DNA of 64,000 bases from an uncultured Hormoscilla sp. (GTDB lineage Bacteria > Cyanobacteriota > Cyanobacteriia > Cyanobacteriales > Desertifilaceae). The notes below the pieces were generated by a model that searched no databases, was not told the origin of the DNA, and saw only the letters and a list, made by a program, of their open reading frames with translations. Location of the stretch: contig OZ001293.3 in the NCBI GenBank assembly GCA_963921275.4, forward strand, positions 2,624,001 through 2,688,000, in the 5' to 3' direction. A program made the position numbers and the translations under genes. Shown here piece after piece: positions 11,311 to 22,873 of this stretch (the stretch's first letter is position 1; the number at the start of each line of letters is the position of its first letter).

Positions 11311-12986
11311 ATGAGTCAGGGATCTGGGCGCAAACTCAAATTGATGGTGGTTGACGACGAGCGCGACAACCTGGATTTGCTGTACCGGACGTTTAGAAAA
11401 GAGTTTCAAGTCCACAGAGCAGACAGTGGCATCAAGGCTTTGGAGGTCCTAGAACAGCAAGGAGAAATGGCGATCATAATTTCCGACCAGCGGATGCCGG
11501 AAATGAATGGTACCGAATTTTTGGAAAAGACGGTCGAACAGTTTCCCGATACGATCCGGATTCTCCTAACAGCCTACACTGATGTGGAAGACTTGGTAGA
11601 TGCGATTAACGCCGGTAAGGTTTTTAAGTATATAGTCAAACCTTGGACCCTCACTGACCTGAAAGCAGTGGTGGAACAGGCGGCTGAAACCTACAAGGTA
11701 ATCAAGAAAAGAACGAACGAATTGGTACGCTCGCTGCGGCGGAGTCCCTCATGAATGGGGTGATGAGTGCGATCAGGGAATCCCTGGACTATGGTAGTAT
11801 GCTGCAAACGATCGTGGAGACGATCGGCTCGAACTTTGATGCTAGCTATGCTCAGCTGCGACCAGTAGAGGAAAACAACCTGACCCCGGAAGATTTCTCC
11901 TATCAGGCACCGGACGAGGAGGCTAACCCAAACCAGAATAGTACCTCCTTGAGCAATGAGCTGGTACAAGAAGTCCTAGAAACCGGTCAGACAAAAGTCA
12001 GGAACTCCCAAGATAAGAAAAACCCCTATCAACAACTAATAGTGCCCCTTACCTACCAGAAGGATGTTCTCGCTATTCTCAGTCTGTACCAATACGGCGA
12101 TCGTAGTCCCTGGGAAAAGGAAGATATCCAGCTGATAGAAAATCTGGTGGGACAAGCAGCTCTGGCCCTTTCACAAGCTAAACTATACCAGCAGGCCACG
12201 GAGTTAGCCCAACAGTTACGCTTGGAGCTAGAAGTGGCTCGCAAAATCCAGATGGGTCTGTTGCGCCAGAGTTGGTCCGAAATTGAAGGTGTCAAGGTGC
12301 AAGCCTGCTGTTATCCTGCTAGAGAAGTGGGAGGTGATTTCTTTGAGGTCTATGTACAACCCCAAGGCGATCTTTGGGTGGCGGTGGGCGATGTCTCCGG
12401 CAAAGGGGTGCCTGCTGCTCTGTTTATGGCCAGCGCAATTTCGGTTCTGCGACGAGAACTCTCTCAAGAAGGCTCCCTGGAACCGGATGTGGTGATGGGG
12501 AACCTCAACAGTTCTCTGATCGAAGACCTCGCTAGCAATAACCGCTTCATTACTATGGCTTTGGCCCGTTACAGGCCCTCAACTGGCGAGCTAGTATACA
12601 CCAGTGCGGGGCATGTTTACCCGATCGTCTGGTCTCACAAAACTGTGATAGAACAGTTAGCGTCTCCTGAAGGTAAAGTTACCATAGAGCCTAACTTACT
12701 GAAGGCTCGGGGCATCCCAGTGGGAATTCTGCCAGTATGGAAAGGAAAAGCTGGGCAAGTCCAACTTAATCCAGGAGACGTTTTGCTGCTGATTAGCGAC
12801 GGGATCACCGAAGCAAAAGACCCCGCTCATCTTGATGATGGCAGGATGCTGAACGAGGATGGTCTGTGGCGGCTGCTAACTAAGCAGGATGGACATCTGA
12901 GCCTGACAACTTTATTAGACAGTGTTCGGGCAAATAATACTGTTCAGGAAGACGACCAAACCATACTCTCTTTGGAGGTTCTGTAG
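11311..12986 (+). pseudogene. REC-GAF-SpoIIE (RsbU-like PP2C phosphatase) with 1-nt frameshift near 11742
   Basis: REC ORF and GAF/SpoIIE ORF (VGGDFF, GDVSGKGVPAAL, SDGITEA, DDQT) join as RR(E)SLMNG if one G is restored. Confidence 0.85.
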
Positions 12987-12989
12987 TTA

Positions 12990-13415
12990 ATGAGAACTGA
13001 GCTTAATGTCCCAAGCGACTTAAGGTTTTTGAATATTGTAGAATCCTGGCTACTAGGTTGTTTGGAAGTTGAGCTAGGAGAATCGGTCGATTGGGCTCGG
13101 CAATCGAATCGGTTACGCTTGGCTTTAGTAGAAGCATACTCGAATGTGGTGCGTCACGCCCACAAAGAACAACAGGAGTTGCCAGTGCAGATGTGTTTAG
13201 AACTAAAAAGCCGCGATATTGCTTTGGAAGTTTGGGACCACGGTCAAGGATACGACTTGGCTACCTATCTGCCACCGGACCCAAAACAGAAGCAAGAAGG
13301 TGGCTATGGCTGGCTGATCATGAATCGTCTAATGGATCGGGTGGAGTACCGGTTACAGATAGATGGTCGCAACTGCCTGAAGTTGGAAGCAAGTTTACCA
13401 GAGGTCACCAAGTAG
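12990..13415 (+). CDS. RsbW-like anti-sigma factor / Ser-Thr kinase
   Basis: EAYSNVVRHA, WDHGQG, EGGYGW; directly after the SpoIIE gene. Confidence 0.85.
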   Translation: MRTELNVPSDLRFLNIVESWLLGCLEVELGESVDWARQSNRLRLALVEAYSNVVRHAHKEQQELPVQMCLELKSRDIALEVWDHGQGYDLATYLPPDPKQKQEGGYGWLIMNRLMDRVEYRLQIDGRNCLKLEASLPEVTK

Positions 13416-13495
13416 TTCAGCAAAATATATTTTTAATACTAACAGAGACGCTATTAGGCGTCTCTAACAGGCGGGACAAGTCTACGAAATAAAAA

Positions 13496-15317
13496 ATGGA
13501 TGTTTCTCTGAGCAGCTCTCAGGTAAAGCAAAAAGCGCTAGAATTGGGCTTCCATAAGGTGGGCATAGCGGCTATAGATGCTAAAACTGTCAGTAAAGCA
13601 GTTGAACGTTTACAGGCATGGCTAGGAAATGGCTACCAGGCGGATATGGAATGGATGGCAAACCCTAAGCGTCAAGATATCCGTCAGGTAATGCCTTCAG
13701 TTCAGTCTATTATTACGGTAGCTCTCAATTACTATACTGCTCATCAGCGTCCTGAAGGGAGTCAGTACGGAAAAATCTCTCGCTATGGGTGGGGACGGGA
13801 CTATCATCGGGTGATGGACAAAAAGCTGAAACTGTTAGCAAACTGGCTGCGATCGCACTCTTGTGGAGTGGAAGTGCGTTACTATGCTGATACGGGACCT
13901 GTTCAGGATAAGGTATGGACCCAGGCGGCGGGGATTGGCTGGATTGCCAAGAATGGTAATGTAATTACGCGGGAGTATGGGTCTTGGGTATTTTTGGGAG
14001 AAGTGTTGACGAATATAGTTTTAACCCCAGATGGGCCCCATACTGAACATTGTGGCACTTGTACTCGCTGTATAGACGCTTGTCCTACGGGGGCGATCGC
14101 CCAGCCCTTTGTAGTAGACGCTAATCGCTGTATTGCCTATCATACGATCGAGAATCGTGCCGACAGTTTACCCCTAGCGATCGGGTCTCATCTAGAGGGT
14201 TGGGTTGCGGGTTGCGACATTTGCCAAGATGTCTGTCCCTGGAATCAGCGGTTTGCCAAAGAAACCGACATTACTGAGTTTGTGCGATTCGTTCTAGCCT
14301 AACGTGGTCAAACACGGAACGCTAGCCCGGTTTCATTAGCCGGGAACTCTGACCGCATGGGGGTTAAATTCCCCTCCCCCCAGGTACGGGGGTGACACCG
14401 GTCCTCGGTGCTACGAAGCGACATCATCGTGGTGCTAAGCGAGGACTCAAATGTAGGATAACTGGCAGCCTAAGCCGGTGACGCCGCTAGGAAAGATATC
14501 CAAGGTTAGAGCAGGCAAACATGTGCAAGCCTCGTTATAAGGAACCAGCGAAATAAGGCTATATGCGCTGGCCTAAAAAGGAAATGGTAGCTAGTATTAG
14601 TTTTAGACTCTGGCTAATATAGTACTCAAATAGCTCCCGGGGTATAGTGTGGACCTAAAGGTATTGCGAAATGTTGTTAGGGAACGAAGTAACCTCTCGT
14701 GTGCTGTCCATCAGGACAAGTTAGATGTTAAGCGCAAGCCACGGGGGGAGGGATGGCCCAAGAAGCGAATGCCCGGGGTAATTCCTGGGATAACATCTAC
14801 AGTAATGTAGATGATGCTGGGTAGCCAGCGCTGACGTGGGTCGGTGATACTAGGAAGCTGCTGGAATGAGTAATCCTAAAAAGCCACGGAACTAATCCGA
14901 AACGCAAGTGGAGGATAAGGTATGGATAACTGGTAAAACTGACTTGAAAATGGTGATACTAACGGTTATCAGAACAACCACTCGCTAAACCAGGAAAGGG
15001 AAGAAAAGACAGGCGGCAAGGGCTAACGGAAGTAATTCCTATTAAGTCTACCTATGAAAAGGGCCTAGTACCCAGTAGCCGGATGCGGTGAAAATCGCAA
15101 GTCCGGTTCCTCAAGGGAGGGTCGGGAAGCGATTCCCGGCTCGACCCCATCCAACCCCTATCCCGAGAATCTGACTCCCAAGTTGAGCGAATTGGCAGAA
15201 ATTTCTGATGCGGAGTAGAACCGGCGATTTCCCGCTTCGGCCCTGCGGCGGATTAAACCAGAGATGCTGCGGCGAAATGCTCGTGCTAACCTGGAAGCAG
15301 ATGCGCTCGTTGAATAA
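13496..15317 (+). pseudogene. queG: Epoxyqueuosine reductase, exons 13496-14281 and 15153-15317, with in-frame TAG at 15216
   Basis: [34 protein letters not shown]; spliced C-terminus ITEF|NPYPEN..DAE*NRRFPASALRRIKPEMLRRNA. Confidence 0.9.
14282..15152 (+). mobile_element. ORF-less group II intron, family A copy 1 (871 nt), sense in queG
   Basis: 5' GTGCGATTCG; domain V AGCCGGATGCGGTGAAAATCGCAAGTCCGGTT; domain VI hairpin with bulged A; no ORF; three more copies in window. Confidence 0.95.
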
Positions 15318-15942
15318 ATGATGGTAATTATTTTTGATTTTGATGGTACTCTGGCTGATACGCTAGATGCGATCGTCTCTATTACTAATCGCTTATCTGG
15401 GTAATTTGGATATCAACCTGCTAGTCCTGAAGAGGTGATTAAACTAAAAAATTTAAGTTCGAGAAAAGTTCTTCAGCAGTCTGGTATTTCTCTGTGGAAG
15501 TTACCTTTTTTGCTCAAAAGGGTGAGAACAGATTTCAATCATCACATGGATGAATTAAAACCAGTTCCCGGAATTAAAGCAGCCTTGAGGGAATTAAAAC
15601 AGCGCGGTTATCAGCTGGGGATTCTCACTTCTAATGCTCGGGAAAATGTGCAGCTGTTTGCCAAGCTTCATGGTTTAGATCCTCTGTTTGATTTTATTCA
15701 CAATGAATCTGTTTGAAAAAGGGCGGGCGATCGAACATTTGTTAAGTCAGTTAAGATGCGATCGCCAGGAGGTAATTTATGTGGGAGATGAAACCAGAGA
15801 TATAGAGGCGGCCAAAAAAACCAAGATTAGGGCAATCTCCGTCAGTTGGGGTTTTAATTCTCCAGAAATATTGGCCGCGCACAACCCAGATTTTTTGATC
15901 CATCAACCCAGAGAATTGATTGCAGTGATTGAAAATTGCTAA
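15318..15942 (+). pseudogene. HAD family hydrolase (phosphoglycolate phosphatase-like)
   Basis: IFDFDGTLADT, TAA at 15402, GILTSN, frameshift near 15710, YVGDETRDIEAA. Confidence 0.85.
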
Positions 15943-15961
15943 TGGAAAATAAAGCATAAGT

Positions 15962-16180
15962 TATATCCCACTTTCCGCACGACAAGTTGTAACATGCTAA
16001 GTAATACATAATTGCTTGGTTAGATTACTATTGCATTACTTTTTGTGATCCGTACTATATCTGATAATTTAGGAAACAATACGTATATTTATTTATACGG
16101 ATATGAACTTTTCGGTTCGTAAAATCACAAGCTGTTTGTCATCATTTCGTCAAATTTGTCCGTGCGGAATGTAGGTTATA
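15962..16180. mobile_element. MITE-like element
   Basis: Imperfect terminal inverted repeats TATATCCCACTTTCCGCACGACAA / TTGTCCGTGCGGAATGTAGGTTATA around an AT-rich core. Confidence 0.6.
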
Positions 16181-16245
16181 TCAGATCCGGAAAATTGCCC
16201 TAAAATAAAGAAGCAGTGAAATAACCTATTCGTGGGTTTGAGACC

Positions 16246-16525
16246 ATGCCTCGACGTATTAAACTAGAACCCCACTTGACTCCTGAAGAACTGGAAAGGG
16301 GCTATCGGAGCGCCAAAAGCGGAATCCTGCGCAGTCACTACCACATAATTTGGTTGTTAAGCCAAGGTAAAACAACTCTGGAAGTATCGGAAATCACTAG
16401 GAAAATCAAGGGCGCAAACCCCTGCGTAAATGTTGTGCAACAAGCTCAACTCTGGCAAGCTCTACAAGATCAACCTGCGGATGGAGACTTGTGGGATGGT
16501 CTGAAAGTGGCCCAATGGATGAGTG
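16246..16525 (+). pseudogene. IS630-family transposase N-terminal remnant
   Basis: MPRRIKLEPHLTPEELERGYR..RSHYHIIWLL..LWDGLKVAQWM; internally deleted and truncated. Confidence 0.7.
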
Positions 16526-16668
16526 ATATCATGTCCGATTAAATGCCCATAATAAAAATTTTATCATCCTCGGGTGCTGTTGGGTTTCGCTAGCGTTTGT
16601 AGCCGTGTGCTCTACCCAACAAACGCAAGAGATCTTTTTTATTACGGTTAATCATCCGGACTTGATAT
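16526..16668. mobile_element. MITE-like element carrying a REP-like hairpin
   Basis: TIRs ATATCATGTCCG / CGGACTTGATAT; internal GTTGGGT..ACCCAAC. Confidence 0.6.
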
Positions 16669-16730
16669 TAATCGCTGCATACCCCCCCCTCGCAATGACA
16701 AATAAGATGCTTAACCCAGAAGTATTGCCA

Positions 16731-18068
16731 TTACTCTCCAGTAATTGACAAGCCCTCAACCCAGATTCGGGGACAGACTCCTGATCGAGTAACTTGGGGT
16801 TCTTTCTCTACAAAAACAATGGATTTTAGCAACTCCCAAATATCTCCAGCAACGGTAGCGGAATCAACACTTGTCTTTTGCCAGGCGTCCATCAGCCAAC
16901 CATCAAAGGGCAAGGAAAAGGATCCTTGTAAAGGTTGTACTCCTGCATGGAGAGCTTGAAGTTCATCGATGAAAATCACGTTTTTCGCTTCCGCAAGATT
17001 GTATTCTTGTTCAGCGGTAACTCCTGGAAACACGTGATAAAAATTTGGGCTTACTGTTACTTTAGCACCAATATTAGCGTGACCAGTGGGTTGAGAATTC
17101 AGCCGTTTCGCAGTCCCAGCACTGTGCAGGAAGTTAGTCAAAACCCCTTCGGTAATTATGGGGACTCGGCGGGTTGGCGTTCCTTCTCCATCAAAGGCGA
17201 TCTCGGCCACGTTGTCTGGATGCAGGGCGTCGTCGCAGAGGGAAAGCAAGGGAGAAGCAATTTGAGTTCCCAAAGACTCGGGAGTAGAGAGACTTTGCTT
17301 GTCGAGAATATTCTGAGCATTGAAGATATTGGAAAAAGCATTCAGCAAACTGATGAATGCTTCGGCGGAGAAAACCACCAGATATTTACCCGACTTGACC
17401 TTTTCATAGTTCAAGTGACTGATAGTTTTTTCTGCCGCCTCTTGCAGACAACCCTTGACATCTAAATTATCCAGGGAATGGCTGATTCTGAAAGCACCGG
17501 CACCGCGAGGCTTTTTCCCGGGCTGTTCAGTTTTGCTGTAAAGGAAAATCGAGCTGTAGGAGTTACCTTCAGCCCTGGCTGCACCGTCGCTGTTCAGATA
17601 AAATCGGTCAATATCTTCTTGAGCTAATCCATTGTAAGGCACACTGGCGATCGCCTCTGATGCGGACAGTAATTCTTTTTCTGCGCTTATCAATTGCGAA
17701 AGTAACCGATCGGCAGGCGCTGGGGGGGTTTTCCGATCGGCAGTTGCCAGAGTTGTCGTGGCCTCTGGACTAAAATCAGGAACATGTTCCTTAACACCGA
17801 AGAAACTCGCCTCATAAGCGGTTTTTAATGCCAATTCCACACCCTCTGGGTCAACATCTGTGGTGCTAGTCACCCCCATTGTGTTATCCTCGTTCCAGAC
17901 CCGGACCGTCACGCTCGATCGCTGGGATGCTTTCACCTGTTTGGGTTCCCCTTCATATATTTGCACGCTCGTTTCATCCACAGAGGAGCCAAATATATCA
18001 TATTTCTTGATGCCGAGTTTCTCTGCACTTTCTTTGGCCGAACTTGTAACTTCCTTAATGTTTGGCAT
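16731..18068 (-). CDS. pmbA: TldE/PmbA family protein
   Basis: FDGEGTPT, GSFSLPFDG; follows tldD. Confidence 0.88.
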   Translation of the reverse strand: MPNIKEVTSSAKESAEKLGIKKYDIFGSSVDETSVQIYEGEPKQVKASQRSSVTVRVWNEDNTMGVTSTTDVDPEGVELALKTAYEASFFGVKEHVPDFSPEATTTLATADRKTPPAPADRLLSQLISAEKELLSASEAIASVPYNGLAQEDIDRFYLNSDGAARAEGNSYSSIFLYSKTEQPGKKPRGAGAFRISHSLDNLDVKGCLQEAAEKTISHLNYEKVKSGKYLVVFSAEAFISLLNAFSNIFNAQNILDKQSLSTPESLGTQIASPLLSLCDDALHPDNVAEIAFDGEGTPTRRVPIITEGVLTNFLHSAGTAKRLNSQPTGHANIGAKVTVSPNFYHVFPGVTAEQEYNLAEAKNVIFIDELQALHAGVQPLQGSFSLPFDGWLMDAWQKTSVDSATVAGDIWELLKSIVFVEKEPQVTRSGVCPRIWVEGLSITGE

Positions 18069-18194
18069 AACCTATCTCCCTTTTCTGCTAATTGCTAATC
18101 GCTAATTGCTAATCCCTGATCATAATCGTAGGTTGGATTGAGGCACGAAACCCAACCTACCAACCTACTGGTCACTGGTCACTGCTCACTGACA

Positions 18195-19670
18195 CTAGCG
18201 TCCGCCAACAGTAATCGAATCCACCTTCAGATGAGGCTGTCCCACTGTTACGTAGATACTACCACTAACGGAGCCACAGAAACCAGGTGCTAGTCCCAAA
18301 TCTTGGGAACTCATAGAAATCTTGTTCATGATTTCGCTAGCTTCGCCAATCAATGTAGCACCCTTCAGCGGCTTGGTAATTTTGCCCTTTTCAATCAGGT
18401 AGGCTTCATCTACAGCAAAGTTAAACTCACCTGTAGCCCCCACACTGCCGCCGCCCATTTTTTTACAATAAATGCCTTTGTCGATCGAGGCAAATAGGTC
18501 ATCAATGGAGTCGTCTCCGGGGGCGATGTAGGTATTCCGCATCCGCGAAGCTGCCGCAAAGGTATAGCTTTGCCGCCGTCCACTTCCAGTGCGGGGATGT
18601 CCAGTGCGCATGGAACCGGCCCGGTCAGCAATAAAATTTTTCAGGATGCCCTTTTCAATCAACAGGGTTTTTTGAGCGGGCATCCCTTCATCATCCATGT
18701 CGATCGTCCCGAAAGCATTGCCCGATCGCCCTTCATCCCAGGCCGTCAGATTTTCGTGAGCAATTTTTTCGCCTTTTTTATCAATGAAGGGAGTAGTTTT
18801 CTTTTCGATCTGAGTCGTTTCCAGCAGGTGTCCGCAGGCTTCGTGGAAGATTACGCCGCCAAACTTATTCGCCATGATAATGGGATAAGTTCCCGACTCC
18901 ACGTAATCAGCGTAGAGCATTTTCCCGGCCGCTTCTGCTACTTCCGAGGCCGTAGTTTCATAGTCCCAGGTTTTCAAGAAATCTGCTTGACTGGTGCTGC
19001 CAACCCGTTTGTTGATCGCGGAGCGATGGCTACCATCAGCGCACAACAGATTATAACCCACAGATTGAGTCAGGCGGATGTCCCGGGCGAAAGTGCCATC
19101 ACTGGCAGCAACTAGGACCTCTTGCCAATCTCGGAAATAGATCGATCGCTTCGACTGTACGTGACTAGCTTTCTGAGCCAGTTTAGCATTAGCGTCCAGC
19201 AGCACCTCTGACATTTCCCGCATCGAGCTACATTCAGACAGCAATACTTCCTTACCTTTGGTGGTAGCATAGTCTCTGAGGGGTTCCAGGGTAACTTCCG
19301 GGATGTAGGAATTGGCAAGAGACAATTGCAGTCCCAGGATGGAGAGACCTTTTTCCAAAGCAGCTTTCAGTCCCGCAAATGTCAAGTCGTTGGTGCTGAC
19401 ATAGCAGTCCGCTTTGCCGCGAAATACTCTCACCCCAGCGCCAGTTGACAGGCGGGGGGATATACTGGTGATCGCGTCGTCTTCTGCCAGACAGCTAATA
19501 TAGTTTACCCGTTCTAGGAAGAATTCGATCAAATCCGCCCCTGTGGCCCGTCCCCATCCCAGCAGGGTGGAAATCATTGCCTCCCACGAAGCGTCGAAGC
19601 GATTTTTGGTCGAACTGTACTCACGGGCCGACAGTTCTTGGGATTGAGGTGCTGTAATTACTAGATTCAT
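18195..19670 (-). CDS. tldD: TldD metalloprotease
   Basis: HEACGH, DDEG, RMRNT, GFCG. Confidence 0.92.
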   Translation of the reverse strand: MNLVITAPQSQELSAREYSSTKNRFDASWEAMISTLLGWGRATGADLIEFFLERVNYISCLAEDDAITSISPRLSTGAGVRVFRGKADCYVSTNDLTFAGLKAALEKGLSILGLQLSLANSYIPEVTLEPLRDYATTKGKEVLLSECSSMREMSEVLLDANAKLAQKASHVQSKRSIYFRDWQEVLVAASDGTFARDIRLTQSVGYNLLCADGSHRSAINKRVGSTSQADFLKTWDYETTASEVAEAAGKMLYADYVESGTYPIIMANKFGGVIFHEACGHLLETTQIEKKTTPFIDKKGEKIAHENLTAWDEGRSGNAFGTIDMDDEGMPAQKTLLIEKGILKNFIADRAGSMRTGHPRTGSGRRQSYTFAAASRMRNTYIAPGDDSIDDLFASIDKGIYCKKMGGGSVGATGEFNFAVDEAYLIEKGKITKPLKGATLIGEASEIMNKISMSSQDLGLAPGFCGSVSGSIYVTVGQPHLKVDSITVGGR

Positions 19671-20281
19671 ACGATCTCTGCTACTGTACTCTCCGATTAT
19701 ACTTAATTTCCCTCACTTTATTTATTTTAACCAATTTCTGTCACATCTGACATCTTGCCTCGATGTCTTCTGGGTAGTGCGGGTAGCGATCCCAGAAGAT
19801 ATCGAAACCCGACAGCTTGCCCGATCGCGCAGCGTGGCGCAGCCATGCGCCCGTGAGTTGCAGGCGAGCACCTTCTATAATACAACATCTCCTACCGTAA
19901 TCCTCTGACCCTAACGCCTCGATCGCCAAGTTTGGGCGGTTAACAAGTCTACCTGTGCTACATTGGGGAAGAGAACATCTGGGGGCGATCGCAATTAATT
20001 CCCTACTTCTTCTATCAGGATATTTTTGTATAAAAACATTCCTGATGGTGGAAAACGTTTTCATTGGAGTTCGTCCTTTCCGTAATATTCTCATAAGGAA
20101 GGTGGCAAGAATTAGAAGTATACTGATAATATAGTCGATCTTCAATGGTTTATCGATCAGGTGCGGGCACTACTCCCGGAAGATTAACAGAGGATATCCG
20201 CACTCCCCCATGAGTCTAGCCCTTGAACCCACATGTTGATAGCTGATGTTTGGCGATCTGCGGACGGCGCGATCGCGATTC

Positions 20282-20938
20282 TCAATTCTCAATTTTCGAT
20301 GCTCCATTCTCAATTTTCAATTTTTCTGAATCAGCTAAAACTCCATTTAGGAATATATCAGCAAGCACTTCCGCCATTTCCTTCATGTCTTGGGGAGAAG
20401 AGTTCGGTTCCACAAGGGTATTTTGGCTGAACCCAGCGATCGTAAACATGCCCAAAAATACCTGAGCCACAATTCTCGGGTTCATGGGGCGGTAGATCCC
20501 CCGATCGATTCCCGTTTGGATGAAAGCTTCCGTCACATCCGTCATTTTCACGATCACTTCCGACTGGATGCGATCGCGCAAATCCGGGTGAAACTGCGCT
20601 TCCATAAAGCAGATCCTGAGTATATCGTTATTTTTCTGCATATTCACCATCCGCCGACGCATCATTTGAGCCACAGCCCGATAGCTTGCCATCTCACTCA
20701 AGTCTGTCAGTAGATCCGTCAGAATTTCAATCCAGCCAGCGCTAGCAATTTCAATTAAAATTGCTTTTTTACTGTCAAAATGCCTAAATATGGTTCCTTC
20801 AGCCACACCAGCTGCTTGTGCCAAATCCCGGGTGGTGGTCCCGTCATATCCCTTATGGGCAAACAACCGCTGCGCCGCTTGTAAGATGCGGGTTCGCGTC
20901 TGAGCTTCTGGTTGGGGAGGACGACTGGCAATTCGCAT
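20282..20938 (-). CDS. TetR family transcriptional regulator
   Basis: RILQAAQRLFAHKGYDGTTTRDLAQAAGVAEGTIFRHF; C-terminus reads through heptamer repeats. Confidence 0.92.
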   Translation of the reverse strand: MRIASRPPQPEAQTRTRILQAAQRLFAHKGYDGTTTRDLAQAAGVAEGTIFRHFDSKKAILIEIASAGWIEILTDLLTDLSEMASYRAVAQMMRRRMVNMQKNNDILRICFMEAQFHPDLRDRIQSEVIVKMTDVTEAFIQTGIDRGIYRPMNPRIVAQVFLGMFTIAGFSQNTLVEPNSSPQDMKEMAEVLADIFLNGVLADSEKLKIENGASKIEN

Positions 20939-21042
20939 GACTAAATCAGGTCTTATTTGACATAATATTTGTAGCCCTATTTGGGAACACACAAGCAGTC
21001 GCTCTCCATTTCTTTACATTCTTTTACATAATTTCATCTAAC

Positions 21043-21154
21043 TTAGCTTATCGTGTTGATGGGAATGGAGATCGCAAACTCTGTTCCCTGGCCAGGTACT
21101 GAATTACAGCTTAACTTTCCGCAGTGTTTTTCTACCACGATCGAGTAGCTAATA
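21043..21154 (-). pseudogene. C-terminal remnant of a histidine kinase HATPase domain
   Basis: Translates ISYSIVVEKHCGKLSCNSVPGQGTEFAISIPINTIS* immediately after the intron 3' end. Confidence 0.8.
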
Positions 21155-22873
21155 ATTAAACTAAGCCAGTCCGTCACCGGACCGACTCGTTTTCAAAACC
21201 GGACGTGAGATTTTCACCTCATCCGGCTCCTCAGTAACGCCATCCTTGTCATGGACACGGCAACTACCGTCACTGGCAGTCTTGATATCGTGGCAATGTT
21301 TGTGTAGCAGTTGTAGGTTGTCCCACTGGTCCTTACCACCTAATGAGAGTGGCTTGATGTGGTCTACTTCCCATCTGTCGTTATCCTTAAACGTTAGTCC
21401 GTATTGTTGACATTTCCCCTTTTGCCTTTTCAGTAGCATAGCTACTCGGTTACTTAATTCCGGGTTTTTGCCTAGTCTTGTGCTCCAATATGTGAGGTTC
21501 CCGTCGTATGGGCTAGCTCTTCCTTTCACTTTAATGTGTCTCACTATCCCTACACTTGCGTGTCGATTTAGTGTTACCTCCCTTTTATCTTCACACCGGA
21601 ATCGCCATTGTCCATCTTGGTCCACTGACCAGTATTTTTGGGCTATCCAATGCTTTGACTTGTTGGCGTGTCTTCTCTTTGCCCAATCCTACAGGATTTT
21701 CCATAGGTAATCGTCCATGTCCGAGTAAACTTCTTTGCTTACTCCTGTCCTGAAGTAGTTTGCCCATCCTCGTATTATCGGGTTGAGTTTGCTAATCAGG
21801 GCGTCTTGTGGAGCTGCTCTGTAACTGTTTACTATCTCTTTTAACCTTTCTTTGTGCTTACCTGTGGATTTATTACTGGGTTTGATGAGGGTCTTGTAAC
21901 CTAGGGGTTTTCCATGTCCGTTCTTGCTGCTTCTATTCTTACTAATCTCATATTGCCTTACGTTGAACCCCAAGAAGTCGAATCCTGGTTCTTCTCCCTC
22001 TAGCGTATGAGCTATTTTTGTCTTTTCCGGCTTCAATTCTAGTCCAACCCCTTTCTGCCACTCTGCTATGACCACTTGCGCCTCTTCTATCTTCTTTCTA
22101 TCCTCATGCATTACCACAAGGTCATCGGCGTATCTGACCACTGTCAGCTTCTCCTTCTCTCTTTGTGTTTTTACAAGTTCCATCACAGCCTCCTCTAGCC
22201 CATGTAGAGCTATGTTTGCCAGTAACGGTGATATGACTCCTCCCGTACCCTCTTTGGTTGCATACCATTCTTTCTTGTCTATCACCCCGGCTTTTAACCA
22301 TGCCCGTATTTGTTTACGGATTGGTGAAGTCGTATTCAGTTTTTCTATCAGCGCTTTATGGTCAATCTTATCAAAGCATTTTGCAATGTCAGCATCTAAT
22401 ACCCATTTGGGTTTGTACCTAATGCTGTTGAATATTGCTTCGATTGCATCGTGGCATCCTCTTCCAGGTCTGAATCCGTAGGAGTTACCTTCCATATACG
22501 CTTCCCATTCAGGATAACTGCGCAATTTTCAGTAACCCCTGTGTCGCTCGGTCGTGCATTGTAGGTATTCCTAATGGACGTTTTTCGTCTCTCCCTGGCT
22601 TGGGTATCCACACTCGTCGCGCGGGCCGAGCTTGGCTGGAGATTTCTATTTGTCCTACCAGTTCTAGTCGTTGCTTTGGGGTTAGTGATTTCACACCATC
22701 CACACCTGCCGTTTTCTTTCCCTGGTTGTCTTGTGTTACCTGCCGTACCGCTAGACTTTTGGCAGCCCGGGATTTTACCAGCATCATCTGTAAGTTGTCA
22801 GGGCTAATGAAACCCTGCTATCTGGGACAGCTTTTGAATTGTGTCAAGTCGGTTTAATCTAAACGAATCGCAC
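21155..22873 (-). mobile_element. Chimeric, internally deleted group II intron with dead RT/maturase/HNH ORF
   Basis: 5' GTGCGATTCG at 22873, ~80 nt later runs into LAVRQVTQDNQGKKTAGVDG; YADD; HNH; domain V/VI ending TTAGTTTAAT at 21155; frameshift near 22515, PQ lost from GTPQGG, TAG at 21689. Confidence 0.9.

Noticed and set aside
11740..11755. Programmed frameshift or genuine two-gene split
   Set aside because: No slippery sequence; one missing G in a genome with many lesions; a sequencing error is also possible.
21161..22787. Retron, DGR or active RT mobilising the ORF-less introns
   Set aside because: Has intron maturase/HNH and domain V/VI; carries a frameshift, a stop and a motif deletion; its 3' RNA differs from families A and B; no TR/VR pair seen.
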